Shown: piece by piece, positions 19,910 through 30,177 of the stretch
How the letters are laid out: every line of letters begins with the position of its first letter
Position numbering within the stretch: position 1 is the stretch's first letter
From: a virus
Taxonomy: Duplodnaviria; Caudoviricetes
DNA length: 64,000 bases
Direction: 5' to 3' (one strand)
Virus record (IMG/VR): IMGVR_UViG_2582581306_000002
Span: 1 to 64,000 of that record
Position numbers and translations under genes: made by a program
The notes under the pieces: generated by a model
Seen by the model: the letters and a program-made list of their open reading frames with translations, nothing else
Told to the model about the DNA's origin: nothing
The model's database searches: none

Positions 19910-21004
19910 ACCGCAACCACAATCGCATTTGGCGATCCCAAAGCCCAGAAAAAATGGTCTGGCTCCCTTTTCATCGACACCGTGAAGAAGTCCTACTGGG
20001 AACGCAAGTTCGTTTCCACGGATGACAACGCTATCATCCAGCGTCTCACGGATCTGGAATCGGCTGCGGGCGACCGTATCTCCTTCGATCTCTCGGTGCA
20101 GCTGCGCCAGAAGCCGACGTCCGGTGACAACCGGCTGGAAGGCAAGGAAGAAGGCCTGAAGTTCTTCACGGACGAGGTCAACATCGACCAGCTCCGTCAC
20201 GGTGTAAACACCGGCGGCAAGATGAGCCGGAAGCGCACCACGCACAATCTGCGCACCATCGGCCGCAACCGCCTCTCCGACTACTGGTCCAAGTACATCG
20301 ACGAGCTGAATTTCATTTACCTCTCCGGTTCCCGCGGTATCAACCAGGACTATACCGAAGAAGTCACCTATGCCGGTCACGCCAGCAACCCCATCCAGGC
20401 GCCGGACACCGCGCATCTCGTCTACGGCGGTGATGCGACGTCCAAGGCCTCGATCGACAGCACCGACACAATGTCGAAGGCAACGATCGAAAAGGCTGTG
20501 GTCAAGGGTCGCATGATGCGCTCGACCGATCCGACCACGGCAAACATGCTGCCGGTCATGATCAACGGCGAGGCCCACTACGTCTGCGTCATGTCGCCGT
20601 TCCAGGAGCACTCCCTGCGCACCGCCGACACCACGGGCTGGTTGGAAATCCAGAAGGCCGCGATTACGGCCGAAGGCAAGGCGAACCCGATCTTCAAGGG
20701 CGGCCTCGGCATGATCAACAACTGCGTGCTTCACAGCCATGAAAGCGTGATCCGTTTCTCGGACTATGGCGCCGGTACCAACCTTCCAGCGGCTCGCGCA
20801 CTGTTCATGGGCCGTCAGGCCGGTGTGGTCGCCTACGGTTCGTCCGGCGGCCTCCGCTTCACATGGACCGAAGAAGAGAAGGATCACGGCAACGAAAAGG
20901 TTATCGCTGCCGGCGTCATCATCGGTGTCAAGAAGTCCCGCTTCAACAGCAAGGATTTCGGCGTCACCGCCATCGACACCTATGCGGTCGATCCGAACGC
21001 CTAA
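19907..21004 (+). CDS. Major capsid protein, N4-gp56 family
   Basis: IIQRLTDLE..AGDRISFDL, GDNRLEGKEE.L, IDQLRHGV, ARALFMGRQA, KDFGV.AIDT. Confidence 0.92.
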   Translation: MTATTIAFGDPKAQKKWSGSLFIDTVKKSYWERKFVSTDDNAIIQRLTDLESAAGDRISFDLSVQLRQKPTSGDNRLEGKEEGLKFFTDEVNIDQLRHGVNTGGKMSRKRTTHNLRTIGRNRLSDYWSKYIDELNFIYLSGSRGINQDYTEEVTYAGHASNPIQAPDTAHLVYGGDATSKASIDSTDTMSKATIEKAVVKGRMMRSTDPTTANMLPVMINGEAHYVCVMSPFQEHSLRTADTTGWLEIQKAAITAEGKANPIFKGGLGMINNCVLHSHESVIRFSDYGAGTNLPAARALFMGRQAGVVAYGSSGGLRFTWTEEEKDHGNEKVIAAGVIIGVKKSRFNSKDFGVTAIDTYAVDPNA

Positions 21005-21017
21005 TCCGTAGCAGGAC

Positions 21018-21046
21018 GGTCCCGCTCCGGCGGGGCCAATTCTTTT
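21018..21046 (+). terminator. Probable intrinsic terminator after capsid gene
   Basis: GGTCCCGC-TCCG-GCGGGGCC followed by T-rich tract. Confidence 0.55.
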
Positions 21047-21071
21047 CACCCCGCCGTTAGGAGACGTTTCC

Positions 21072-21533
21072 ATGGCACTCATTCAGAGCAAAACCGCACA
21101 GGGCATCATTGGCATCCCGATCCCGGGTTTCGCTGGCGACGCTATCGGGGTCCGCTTCTCGCACACCCTTCTCGCCAACCCGTCGATCAACGACATCCTC
21201 GAGCTCGGCTGCATCCCGGCTGGCTGCCGCGTCCTCGACATGGTCATCGACAGTGATGACCTCGACACCAACGGCGCCCCGACGATCGCTTACGATGTCG
21301 GCGTGATGTCTGGCGATCATGGCGTCAACGATGCGGCCCGTACCTGCGGCGCAGAGTTCTTCGCAGCATCCGCAGCCAGCCAGGCCGGCACAGTTGTCCG
21401 CCCCACCATCAAGACGGCGTTCCGTACCGCCCCGACTGACAAAGATCGCTCGATCGGTGTGAAATTCACGGCCGCCGCCGCCACGTTTGCCTCCGGCACG
21501 ATCGGCATGACCGTATTCTACGCTACGGCCTGA
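21072..21533 (+). CDS. Virion structural (head decoration-like) protein
   Basis: Directly after capsid; SDDLDTNGAPT motif; strong SD. Confidence 0.7.
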   Translation: MALIQSKTAQGIIGIPIPGFAGDAIGVRFSHTLLANPSINDILELGCIPAGCRVLDMVIDSDDLDTNGAPTIAYDVGVMSGDHGVNDAARTCGAEFFAASAASQAGTVVRPTIKTAFRTAPTDKDRSIGVKFTAAAATFASGTIGMTVFYATA

Positions 21534-21558
21534 TCCTCCTTCCCAGCACTGATCCGGC

Positions 21559-21590
21559 AAGGGGGCAATTTATCTTTGCCCCCTTGTTTT
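21559..21590 (+). terminator. Probable intrinsic terminator
   Basis: AAGGGGGCAA...TTGCCCCCTT then GTTTT. Confidence 0.55.
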
Positions 21591-21613
21591 GTTTAAACCG
21601 AGGAGCCCCTGTT

Positions 21614-22225
21614 ATGCCTCTGATCGAATGCACCGCCGGCCCTGCTGAAACCCCTGTGGGCGGCACCGTCTACTCCTTCAATCGCGACAAGGCCGGCCGC
21701 TACGTCGCCGATGTCTACGACCTCAGCCACGCGATGTGCCTGCTCTCCGTCGTCTGGTACCGCGAGGTCAAGCCGATCTCCGACGGCGCCACCGAACAGA
21801 CCGAGCAGCCCTCGGAGGAAACTCCGGCTGCTCCGGTTGAGAAGCCCGTTGCCACAGCCCGCGCGAAAAAGGTGAAGACGGAAACGCCTTCCGGCTTCGG
21901 TCTGCTCGGCGTCGGTGGACCGACACCAACTGTGCCCGCCGTCGAGGCGGCCGCTGAAAACGCGGCTCCCGAGAACGACGTCGTCGAGGATGCCGTCGGC
22001 ACCGACGAATCGGGCGATGGCTCGGGTTCCGAGGATGACACTGGAGCCGACGATACCGGCGCCGGAGACGAAGGCTCCGACGACGGCAGCGACGAAACCG
22101 CCGAGGATGACACGGGCGGACAGGAACAGACCGAGCAGCCCTCCGAGGAAACTCCGGCTGCTCCGATCGTCTTGCCAACCGCAACACCTACCCGTCAGGG
22201 TCGCCGCCGCAATCGGAGGGGCTAA
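21614..22225 (+). CDS. Phage protein with acidic low-complexity tail and internal duplication
   Basis: EQTEQPSEETPAAP occurs twice; AGGAG SD. Confidence 0.7.
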   Translation: MPLIECTAGPAETPVGGTVYSFNRDKAGRYVADVYDLSHAMCLLSVVWYREVKPISDGATEQTEQPSEETPAAPVEKPVATARAKKVKTETPSGFGLLGVGGPTPTVPAVEAAAENAAPENDVVEDAVGTDESGDGSGSEDDTGADDTGAGDEGSDDGSDETAEDDTGGQEQTEQPSEETPAAPIVLPTATPTRQGRRRNRRG

Positions 22226-22228
22226 TCC

Positions 22229-22963
22229 GTGGCCGTTCTCGCGAGCGAACTGATGGTGAAGGCCGGTATACTCCTGCAGGACATCGACAACACCCGATGG
22301 CCGCTCGCAGAACTGGCGGGATGGATCAATGATGCGGTCCGCGCCATCGTTCTTGCCAAGCCCAACGCCGCCTCCAAGAGCATTGTTCTGGATCTCGCGG
22401 TCGGCACCCTTCAGAAGGTGCCCGTTTCCGGCAATCCTCTGCCATTGGCGCTGCTGCGCGTGATCAGGAACCTTGCGAGTTCGAGCGACCTCAATCGCAC
22501 CGCCGGTCGCTCCGTTCGGATGACTGCGCGCGACCTGCTCGATAGCCAGCAGCCCAATTGGCATGATGGGACTGTCACACCGTTCAAGAAGGAGGTTCGT
22601 AACGTCATCTTCGATGAAATGAACCCGCTTGAGTTTTACGTCTATCCGGGCAACGACGGCACCGGCTTCCTCGAGGCGGTGATTTCTTATTGCCCCGCCG
22701 CCGTTGCGCTCGCCGAAGGCGATGAGGCCAGCGACATCGAAAGCTGGGAGCAGGACATCGGCCTGCCGGAGCCATTTTCGGTTCCCGTGCTGGATTACAT
22801 CCTATACCGGGCGCAGCTGAAGGATGACACCTTCGCCAACACAGAGCGGGCAACGGTGCACTACCAGCAGTTCGCCAACGCGATCGGCATCAAGGTGCAG
22901 AACACGCGCAGCTATAGCCCGAACGCACCGAAGGCCGCCCCAGCACCTGAAGGCTCGGCATGA
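22229..22963 (+). CDS. Virion structural protein (head-tail adaptor-like)
   Basis: LQD...RW...EL..WINDA, FYVYP motifs; position. Confidence 0.7.
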   Translation: MAVLASELMVKAGILLQDIDNTRWPLAELAGWINDAVRAIVLAKPNAASKSIVLDLAVGTLQKVPVSGNPLPLALLRVIRNLASSSDLNRTAGRSVRMTARDLLDSQQPNWHDGTVTPFKKEVRNVIFDEMNPLEFYVYPGNDGTGFLEAVISYCPAAVALAEGDEASDIESWEQDIGLPEPFSVPVLDYILYRAQLKDDTFANTERATVHYQQFANAIGIKVQNTRSYSPNAPKAAPAPEGSA

Positions 22964-23583
22964 GCGATATCGACGATCTTCTGCCGGAAGTTCTACTTCA
23001 CGCGCCGAACTGCGCCGACGTCGTCGCGTATCGCTATCTGCGCGAGGCGGCGCGCGAGCTGTGCCAACGCTCCCGTGCGTGGCGTGTCACTGAAACCCTG
23101 TTGGTCACGACGCCGGAAAGCCAAGCCATCATCGCGACCGAGGATGCCAGCATCTTCGAGATAGCGAACGCTTTCCTAGACGAGTTCGAACTGACACCGG
23201 TAACGCCGGCATGGCTGGATAGCGAATATCCGGGCTGGCACGATTCGTACGCCGATACCGGCCCGGCCCGCTTCATCACCCAGATCGCGCCCAACACGGT
23301 CACCATCGTCCCGAAGGTCACCGGCACCCTGAAAATGCGTCTGGTGCTGGAACCGTCGCGCACAGCGATGACAGTCCCGGATTTCATCGTCGAGCAATAC
23401 GCCACTGAGATTGGCAAAGGCGCCGCCGGCCGCGTGCTCATGCTGCCGAGCAACACGGTCGGAAATCCAAACTACGGCACCAAGCTGCTCGCCGAATTTG
23501 AGGATCTGCTCGATACCGTCGCGGTGCAGGCCACCAAGGGACAGCAGGGCGCAAGGCTGCGTAGCAAGGGAGCGTATTTCTAA
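22960..23583 (+). CDS. Virion structural protein (adaptor-like)
   Basis: LREAARELCQRSRAWR; coupled to neighbours. Confidence 0.65.
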   Translation: MSDIDDLLPEVLLHAPNCADVVAYRYLREAARELCQRSRAWRVTETLLVTTPESQAIIATEDASIFEIANAFLDEFELTPVTPAWLDSEYPGWHDSYADTGPARFITQIAPNTVTIVPKVTGTLKMRLVLEPSRTAMTVPDFIVEQYATEIGKGAAGRVLMLPSNTVGNPNYGTKLLAEFEDLLDTVAVQATKGQQGARLRSKGAYF

Positions 23584-24620
23584 TGGCCGTTAAGCTCGCA
23601 AACAACGCCTCCTCGACCCTGCAGGGCTCAATCAACACGTCCGTGACGACGATCTCGGTTGACGCCGGTGATGCCTCGAAATTCCCGACACTTGGTGGCG
23701 GCGAGTGGTTCCCGGTGACGGTCATCGATGCCGGCGGCAACATGGAAATCATGCGGTGCACCGCGCGCACCGGTGCTACCCTGACTGTGACGCGAGCCCA
23801 GGAAGGTACGACGGCCAAATCCTTCGCAGCTGGTGCCATCGTCAGCCATCGCCTCACCAAGGCGGTCATTGATGAGATCATGGGCGCCGCTCATGACGCA
23901 TCCCTGCTGACAACAGGCACTTTGCCTTCCGGACGGCTGTCTGGAAGCTACAGTTTCGGCGGTCTGAGCCTCACCGGCACGCTGACCATTTCCAACACGG
24001 CGCCGCAGATCAAGATGATCGACACGACGTCGGGTCAATACAGTTCCCGCATGCGTCAGGACAGCAACAACGTCACGTTGGACGGCTCGACCGACGATGT
24101 GGTGTTTACCACCGTCTATCGGTTCGAGATGGACACCAGGCGCGGTTTCATCGACGGCGACCAGATCACGACGGCTGGCGCCGGTACGGGCTACGATTCG
24201 GCCCGGCTGGGGAACCAGCTTCCGGCCTTCTATGCCACGGCGGCCAGCAACGCGCTGAAAGCGCCTCTGGCCTCCCCCACATTTACCGGGACACCGGATG
24301 CGCCGACGCCACCTGCGGGCGATAATTCGACCCGGCTCGCGACCACTGAATTCGTCCAGACCGAACTGGAAGACTACGCACAGTTCTACAGCGGCTCGTC
24401 GGCGAGCAATACCGCGTTCCCGATCGGCTCGACCATCGATGTCTTCACGGACGGAGAAACGATCAACCGCAACGGAATTATCGTTCCCGCACTTTCCGAC
24501 ATCGATTCGATTTATTACCGGAGGAGCGGAAACGCGGGGGCCGGTGCGATCATTGCGGGAACGTGGCGTTCCTCCGGGATGATCGAGGACGACTATTGCA
24601 GACCTAGAAGGACGTTGTAA
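23583..24620 (+). CDS. Tail fiber protein
   Basis: ANNASSTL..EIMRCTAR..TVTRAQEGT head-binding N-terminus; KAPLASPTFTGTP.APT repeat. Confidence 0.8.
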   Translation: MAVKLANNASSTLQGSINTSVTTISVDAGDASKFPTLGGGEWFPVTVIDAGGNMEIMRCTARTGATLTVTRAQEGTTAKSFAAGAIVSHRLTKAVIDEIMGAAHDASLLTTGTLPSGRLSGSYSFGGLSLTGTLTISNTAPQIKMIDTTSGQYSSRMRQDSNNVTLDGSTDDVVFTTVYRFEMDTRRGFIDGDQITTAGAGTGYDSARLGNQLPAFYATAASNALKAPLASPTFTGTPDAPTPPAGDNSTRLATTEFVQTELEDYAQFYSGSSASNTAFPIGSTIDVFTDGETINRNGIIVPALSDIDSIYYRRSGNAGAGAIIAGTWRSSGMIEDDYCRPRRTL

Positions 24621-24850
24621 TGTTTGAGGCTCACTTGCTCAACGTGTTCTCGGTACAGGCAACAGCCGAAACCGATGTTCTCCTCTTCGACATTGAAACG
24701 GTCGACGGTTTCGGTGTCGTATCGCGTTCACTGTTTTGCAGCCGCCCGGACGATCCGTACGGTTTCGGTCCCGTTATCAGGACCTATCTGGCGGATAACC
24801 TCGCCGAGATCGAAATCATACCCTACCAGCCGCCCTCCGCTCCGGAATAG
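24620..24850 (+). CDS. Putative tail fiber chaperone
   Basis: Small ORF coupled to the fiber gene; PDDPYG..I.PY.PP. Confidence 0.55.
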   Translation: MFEAHLLNVFSVQATAETDVLLFDIETVDGFGVVSRSLFCSRPDDPYGFGPVIRTYLADNLAEIEIIPYQPPSAPE

Positions 24851-24859
24851 GATGTCCAC

Positions 24860-26611
24860 ATGGTGGCCCTGAAACTATCCGGATTCGGCGGGGAACGCCC
24901 TCTCCTCCTGCCGCGTCTCCTGCCGGACACTGCCGGCACCGCCGCCGTCAATGTGCGGATGAACGACGGCGCCCTGACGCCGATCAACATTTCGCTGCTT
25001 GCCGGCGAGGCCGGTGCTTCCAGCCACCAGACAATCTACTACTATCAGGGTGACTGGATTTCATGGTCTGGCGTCGTCAATGCGGTGCCTGGTCCCGTTG
25101 CCAGCGACCGGCTCTACTATACCGGCGATGGCGCCCCGAAGATGCGGATCGGCGCCACGGTCTACGGGCTGAAAATTGCGCGCCCCAGCGGCGACCTCAC
25201 AGGCACGCTTGTCGGGGTCGGCGCCGGCGATATCCAGAGCAGGACGTACGTTTACACCTGGGTGACGTCCTACGGCGAGGAATCGGAGCCGAGCCCTGCC
25301 GGCAACATTGTGGATTGGAAGCCGGGCCAGACAGTGACGGTGAGCGGGTTCGCGGCGACGCCGGGCGGCCGTTCCATCACGTTGCAGCGGATCTACCGCT
25401 CACAGACCGGCCGGTCCGGCACTTACCTCTATCTGATCGCGGAACGGGCGGCAACGAACGCGGACTTCAACGACAACATCGCCGTTGACGCCCTGCAGGA
25501 GCCGTTGCCGTCCGCTGACTGGAACGAACCGCCGGACGCGCTCGCGGGGCTCATCGCGATGCCAAACGGCATGATGGCGGCTTTTTCGGGCCGTGATGTC
25601 TATTTCTGCGAACCCTACCGCCCGCATGCCTGGCCTGAAAAATACGTGATGACCTGCGATTCGGACGTGGTCGGGCTCGGCGCGGTCGGCAACGTGCTCA
25701 TCGTGATGACGAAGGCGCACCCCTACATCATGTCGGGTTCGCATCCCGCATCGATGCAAGCCCTGAAACTGGAAACCAACGCACCGTGCCTCACCGCGCG
25801 CGGCATCGTCGATCTCGGCTATGCCATTGTCTACCCCAGCACCGAGGGCCTCATCGTTGCCCGTGCCGATGGTTCGATATCGCTAGCAACGGCTGACCTG
25901 TTAAGCCGCGAGGACTGGCTGCTGCTCTCCCCGAGCACGATCATCGGTGCGCAGATCGCCGGGGATTACGTCCTTTTCTACGACAACCTCGACGCGGCGG
26001 GGAACAAGGTATTCGGCGCCCTGTTCATCCGCATCAATGCGACGCCGTTTCTGGTGCGATCGAGCGAGCGGGCCTCGGCCGTCTATTACGATGTTCCGAC
26101 CGGTGCGCTGTATTTCAAGCGAACCGGCCAGAAAAGCATCATGCGGCTCGATTCGCCGGATGGCGAGCCGAGCACGCTGTATTGGCGATCGAAGGAGTTC
26201 TGGTTGACCACGCCGGACACGATGGGTGTTCTCCTGGTCGATCTCGGCGCACCCCGTTCGGCGCAGGATCAGGCCAACATCGAGGCGGAGATCGCGCGCA
26301 TCATGGCCGAGAACGCTGCCTTGTTCGCGACCGGGGCCTTGCTGGGTGATATCAACGATCATGAAATCAATCTCTACGCGATCGGCGGCGATGCCATGCA
26401 GGACGTTCCAACCGAAGCTGCGGATGGCAAGTTGTCAGTCAGCGTCTACGCCGACGGAAAACTTGTCCGGACCATCAACACGGGGGGCACGATCCACCGG
26501 CTGCCCGGCGGTTTCAAAGCCCGAAAATGGGAACTGGCGGTTTCCAGCAATATACAGGTGGCGCAGCTGATCCTTGCGAAAACCATGGACGAGCTCAAGA
26601 AGGTTATCTGA
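24860..26611 (+). CDS. Virion tail/nozzle-type structural protein
   Basis: F.GE.P.L.PRLLP, YVYTWVT.YGEESEPSP, FCEPYRPHAWP. Confidence 0.75.
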   Translation: MVALKLSGFGGERPLLLPRLLPDTAGTAAVNVRMNDGALTPINISLLAGEAGASSHQTIYYYQGDWISWSGVVNAVPGPVASDRLYYTGDGAPKMRIGATVYGLKIARPSGDLTGTLVGVGAGDIQSRTYVYTWVTSYGEESEPSPAGNIVDWKPGQTVTVSGFAATPGGRSITLQRIYRSQTGRSGTYLYLIAERAATNADFNDNIAVDALQEPLPSADWNEPPDALAGLIAMPNGMMAAFSGRDVYFCEPYRPHAWPEKYVMTCDSDVVGLGAVGNVLIVMTKAHPYIMSGSHPASMQALKLETNAPCLTARGIVDLGYAIVYPSTEGLIVARADGSISLATADLLSREDWLLLSPSTIIGAQIAGDYVLFYDNLDAAGNKVFGALFIRINATPFLVRSSERASAVYYDVPTGALYFKRTGQKSIMRLDSPDGEPSTLYWRSKEFWLTTPDTMGVLLVDLGAPRSAQDQANIEAEIARIMAENAALFATGALLGDINDHEINLYAIGGDAMQDVPTEAADGKLSVSVYADGKLVRTINTGGTIHRLPGGFKARKWELAVSSNIQVAQLILAKTMDELKKVI

Positions 26612-26880
26612 TGGCCGGCAATAAATTCGACCTCGCCATCTTGCAGGAAAAAACTGAAATCCTGCATGGCTCCCGCGCCGGCGGCACGACACCGGAAGCC
26701 GCGGTGCGGATCGAGGACGTCAACAGCATCCTACAGCTATCCCAGCAGTCGATGACGGCTGCCAAGGCTGTCGGGGCGGCCCCCACGAAGGCCGAGTACG
26801 ATGCTTTGCTTGCCGACGTCTCGCGTTTGAGGGAATGCCTCGTTACGATGGCCCAAGCCCTGCAGGAGCGGTTGCTGTGA
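26611..26880 (+). CDS. Phage hypothetical protein
   Basis: Coupled ORF; APTKAEYDAL motif. Confidence 0.6.
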   Translation: MAGNKFDLAILQEKTEILHGSRAGGTTPEAAVRIEDVNSILQLSQQSMTAAKAVGAAPTKAEYDALLADVSRLRECLVTMAQALQERLL

Positions 26881-27326
26881 AGCGCCTGGTCTATGGCGAG
26901 GACGAGCACTGCATCGCATGGGCAGAGGCGACGATGGAGGGCTGCAAGTTTCGCGAGGACGCGAAGTGCATCGCGATCGAGCGCGACGGTGCCCTTGCTG
27001 CAGCTGCGGTGTTCGACACCTTCTCCCGGACGTCCTGTTTTCTCCACCTCGTTTCAGACGGCTCGAAACAGTTCCTGAATCGGCAATTCATCGTCCACGT
27101 CTTCGCCTATCCGTTCATCCAGTGCGGATACCGGCGGGTGAGCGCAATGGTCGCCGAAAGCAATGAGAAATCCCTGCGCTTGGTAAAGCATTTCGGGTTC
27201 GTCGAGGAAGGCCGGCTGCGGCAGGACACCGACGACGGAAGCGATCTCATGGTGTTCGGGATGCTGCGATCGGAGTGCCGCTGGCTGCCTGCGGGAACTG
27301 GCTTCCTTCAGGGTTTTGCAGTATAG
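26877..27326 (+). CDS. GNAT-family acetyltransferase
   Basis: FAYPFIQ, N.KSLRL..HFGFVEEGRLR..GMLRSECRW. Confidence 0.8.
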   Translation: MKRLVYGEDEHCIAWAEATMEGCKFREDAKCIAIERDGALAAAAVFDTFSRTSCFLHLVSDGSKQFLNRQFIVHVFAYPFIQCGYRRVSAMVAESNEKSLRLVKHFGFVEEGRLRQDTDDGSDLMVFGMLRSECRWLPAGTGFLQGFAV

Positions 27327-27387
27327 AAGGTCATACCTGCGTGCGGGAGGGCAAGCGCCCTACGCCCAAAGCTTTTGAAACCTCACT

Positions 27388-27425
27388 GCGCATGATGTGC
27401 GGGCCAGATTAAGGCTCGTGAAATG
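27388..27425 (+). promoter_or_regulatory. Late-leader RNA switch, copy 3
   Basis: GCGCAUGAUGUGC; UGCGGGCC/GGCUCGUG hairpin over the AAGG SD. Confidence 0.65.
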
Positions 27426-28580
27426 GGTAAAGGTTCATCTTCGGCCCCATCGCCGGACCCTCAGATCGGAGAAGCCGCCTTAAAGCAAGCCGCCCTCGGT
27501 GAGGAGTGGCTGTCATTTGCCAAGGATTCGTTCAAGGTCTCGACCGAGCGCCAGAAGCAGATTGATGCGACGACACAGAAAATCGTCGACCAGCAGTTTG
27601 GCGTCGCGAAAGATCAGGCGGCGTGGGCTAAAGAAGATCGGGATAGGTACTCCAAGACCTTCAAGCCCATCGAAGACGACTTCATCAAGGAAGCGACCAA
27701 CTATGCGACGCCGGCCAAGCAGGCTGAGGCCGCAGCGGAGGCTCGGGCCGATGTTCAGACCGCTGCGGCCACTGCGCGCGCGACGGGCCAGCGCGAGGCG
27801 ATGGCCATGGGCATCAATCCCAATTCGGGGAGGTTTGCCGGTGTACAGCGTTCGGGTGAGCTCGGTACGACGCTGGCCGAGGCCGGTGCGGCCAACAATG
27901 CGCGTACCGCTGTGCGCGACAAAGGCCTCGCCCTTAAAGCCGATGTTTCCAATCTCGGGAAAGGGTTGCCGGCACAATCCGCTCAGGCGGCCGCTCTCGG
28001 TCTCAACGCCGGAAATTCCGTCACCGGCAATATCAATGCCGCCAACGGACAATACCTCGCATCGACCGGTATCATGGGGCAAGGATATTCCGGCGCCCAG
28101 CAGGGCTACGCCAGTCAGGCGAATATTTTACAGAACCAGTACAACAGCCAGCTTCGCGCCTGGGAGGTGGAGCAGAACAGCGCGAACGCTGGCGCTGCTG
28201 GCATCGGTTCTGCGCTGGGCAGCATCGCCGGCATGTTTCGGTTCACGTCCGATGAGAACGAGAAGGAAAACAAGCGCGCCCTCGCCGACGGCGAAGCGTT
28301 GGATGCCGTCAACAATATGCCTGTTGAGGAATGGGATTATAAGGAGGGGTCCGGCGACGGCGGGCGCCATGTAGGTACCTACGCTGCGGAGTTCGCCCGA
28401 GAGGTCGGGGGTGATGGCAAATCCATCGATGTCATCTCTGCACTCGGCGTCTCAATGGGCGCAATCAAGGATCTCAGCTCGAAGGTGGATAAGATCGCCC
28501 AGCAGGTCGGGCTTGGTGGCCGAAAGCCTGCAAACAGCAACAGTGACAGAGCATATGGCCTGTCCGCAGGGAGGGCGTAG
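27423..28580 (+). CDS. Internal virion/ejection protein with C-terminal Peptidase_S74-like domain
   Basis: MGKGSSSAPSPDP start, Ala/Gln-rich helices, TSDENEKEN..WDYK..HVG.YA. Confidence 0.7.
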   Translation: MGKGSSSAPSPDPQIGEAALKQAALGEEWLSFAKDSFKVSTERQKQIDATTQKIVDQQFGVAKDQAAWAKEDRDRYSKTFKPIEDDFIKEATNYATPAKQAEAAAEARADVQTAAATARATGQREAMAMGINPNSGRFAGVQRSGELGTTLAEAGAANNARTAVRDKGLALKADVSNLGKGLPAQSAQAAALGLNAGNSVTGNINAANGQYLASTGIMGQGYSGAQQGYASQANILQNQYNSQLRAWEVEQNSANAGAAGIGSALGSIAGMFRFTSDENEKENKRALADGEALDAVNNMPVEEWDYKEGSGDGGRHVGTYAAEFAREVGGDGKSIDVISALGVSMGAIKDLSSKVDKIAQQVGLGGRKPANSNSDRAYGLSAGRA

Positions 28581-28582
28581 AT

Positions 28583-29974
28583 TTGAGCAGCTTTGGAATT
28601 GGTTTAGGCGGGTTCGTTGAGGGTTATGCTAAATCCAGGCGGCTTCGCCTGGACGAGGAAGAGCAGGATCGTCGTGATAAGCGGCTGGAATTGCAGGACG
28701 CGAGGCAGGTCAAGCTGGACGCCCGGACCGATCTCGAAAACCAGCGTGCGGACGTCGAGTATGACCGAGCGGTTGGGCAGAGAAACCAACTTGATGCGAT
28801 TACGTCTGATACGAAAAACAAGTTCGATACTGCTGTCAAAGCCGGAACCGCACAACCAGATGAGTTTGACACGTTCTGGAATACAGAGGCTCTCCCCCGG
28901 TTGAAGCAAACATATCTGCTGCGAGGCGATACTGAAAACGCCAAGAAGGTGCAGGAGTGGGGTGATAGCGAAGGAGTAAAAGCAGGAGCAAAGCTCTTCG
29001 CAACCGCACTCACCAAATCGATGGCCGGTGATTGGGAAGGGTCGATCGCAGACGCCAATAAGGCGCTGCAGCAGCCAGGGTATTTCGGGGATGGCTACAG
29101 TCTTAACTTCGTTGATAAGCTGGTTGACCCGAGCGGAAAAGAGTTGGGATACCGCGTCCGGTTGGACCGTCCCAACGGCGAGCCTGTCATGCAAGATGTC
29201 AAATTCTCTGAGTTCCCATCGTTGATAGCCACTCTGGGCAACCCTCCTGAGGCCTACAAGCATCAACAGGCCGCGCTTTCCGAGGCGGCGAAGCGCGATC
29301 AGGAGTTGGAAACGTACACGAAGAAGAAAGAGATCGATAAATCATATGGCCTCGGAAGCGCCAACAAGGGACGAAGCTCGGCAATCACATCGCTGCGAAA
29401 ACGCATGGATGGCGGGCTCGATGGTTCCGGACCAAACTTCGATGCTCTTCCTGCAGATGAGAAGGAAAAATTGATTGCGGCCGAACTCGAGCTGCAGACC
29501 GGTGCGGCGGAGCAGCCAGGGCTCGCTGCGCCGGCGCAACGAAAGGTCATTGTTGATCAGACGACAGGTGAGCGGGTTGACCCGGCAGCGGCACGCAAGC
29601 CAACCCCACAGAAAGCAGTCGAGGCAACGCCGGAGCAGCCCCCAGCCGAATCGAACTCAATTCTCGGCAATATGGCGAGGCGAGCCAAGGCGGAGTTCAA
29701 CTATATGACAGGGCAAGGTCAAGCTCCGGCCCTGTTCATGACCGGGGGCGATAATTCTCCTGGCCGTCAGATCGCCGAACAAGGCCAGCAAGCCGAGCCC
29801 CAGAGCAAAAGCCAAATTATGATCGCGAATGCGATGAAGTGGGCCGCCGCAGGCGAGAACCCTCAGGTTATCGCCAAACAGCTGATTGACAATGGTATTC
29901 CACCGGAACAGTGGCCGCCCGAGCTGCGCCAAACACTCCAGCAAAATCGGGCTATTGGTCTAGGGGCTCGGTAG
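28583..29974 (+). CDS. Internal virion/ejection protein
   Basis: GIGLGGFVEG N-terminus, coiled coil, operon position. Confidence 0.65.
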   Translation: MSSFGIGLGGFVEGYAKSRRLRLDEEEQDRRDKRLELQDARQVKLDARTDLENQRADVEYDRAVGQRNQLDAITSDTKNKFDTAVKAGTAQPDEFDTFWNTEALPRLKQTYLLRGDTENAKKVQEWGDSEGVKAGAKLFATALTKSMAGDWEGSIADANKALQQPGYFGDGYSLNFVDKLVDPSGKELGYRVRLDRPNGEPVMQDVKFSEFPSLIATLGNPPEAYKHQQAALSEAAKRDQELETYTKKKEIDKSYGLGSANKGRSSAITSLRKRMDGGLDGSGPNFDALPADEKEKLIAAELELQTGAAEQPGLAAPAQRKVIVDQTTGERVDPAAARKPTPQKAVEATPEQPPAESNSILGNMARRAKAEFNYMTGQGQAPALFMTGGDNSPGRQIAEQGQQAEPQSKSQIMIANAMKWAAAGENPQVIAKQLIDNGIPPEQWPPELRQTLQQNRAIGLGAR

Positions 29975-30167
29975 CTTTAGCGGGCAATGTTTCCTTCGAG
30001 CCCGCACCTAGGAAAAATGTGACAGACCCAGTCCATCTGTCCAATTGATATGCGCCAGCCCGGTTTGACGTGTTGAACGTGCGGATATCATAACGAGCAA
30101 GCCACGCCACTACTACAATGCACGCGATCGCCAAAGTCATCCATGGGTTTTTCTTTGCAAACTCCAT
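29952..30167 (-). CDS. Small membrane-anchored protein (moron)
   Basis: N-terminal TM; LDRWTG motif. Confidence 0.6.
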   Translation of the reverse strand: MEFAKKNPWMTLAIACIVVVAWLARYDIRTFNTSNRAGAYQLDRWTGSVTFFLGAGSKETLPAKATEPLDQ

Positions 30168-30177
30168 AATGACACCT

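Noticed and set aside
19625-21082. 485-aa minus-strand ORF
   Set aside because: Antisense shadow of the capsid gene
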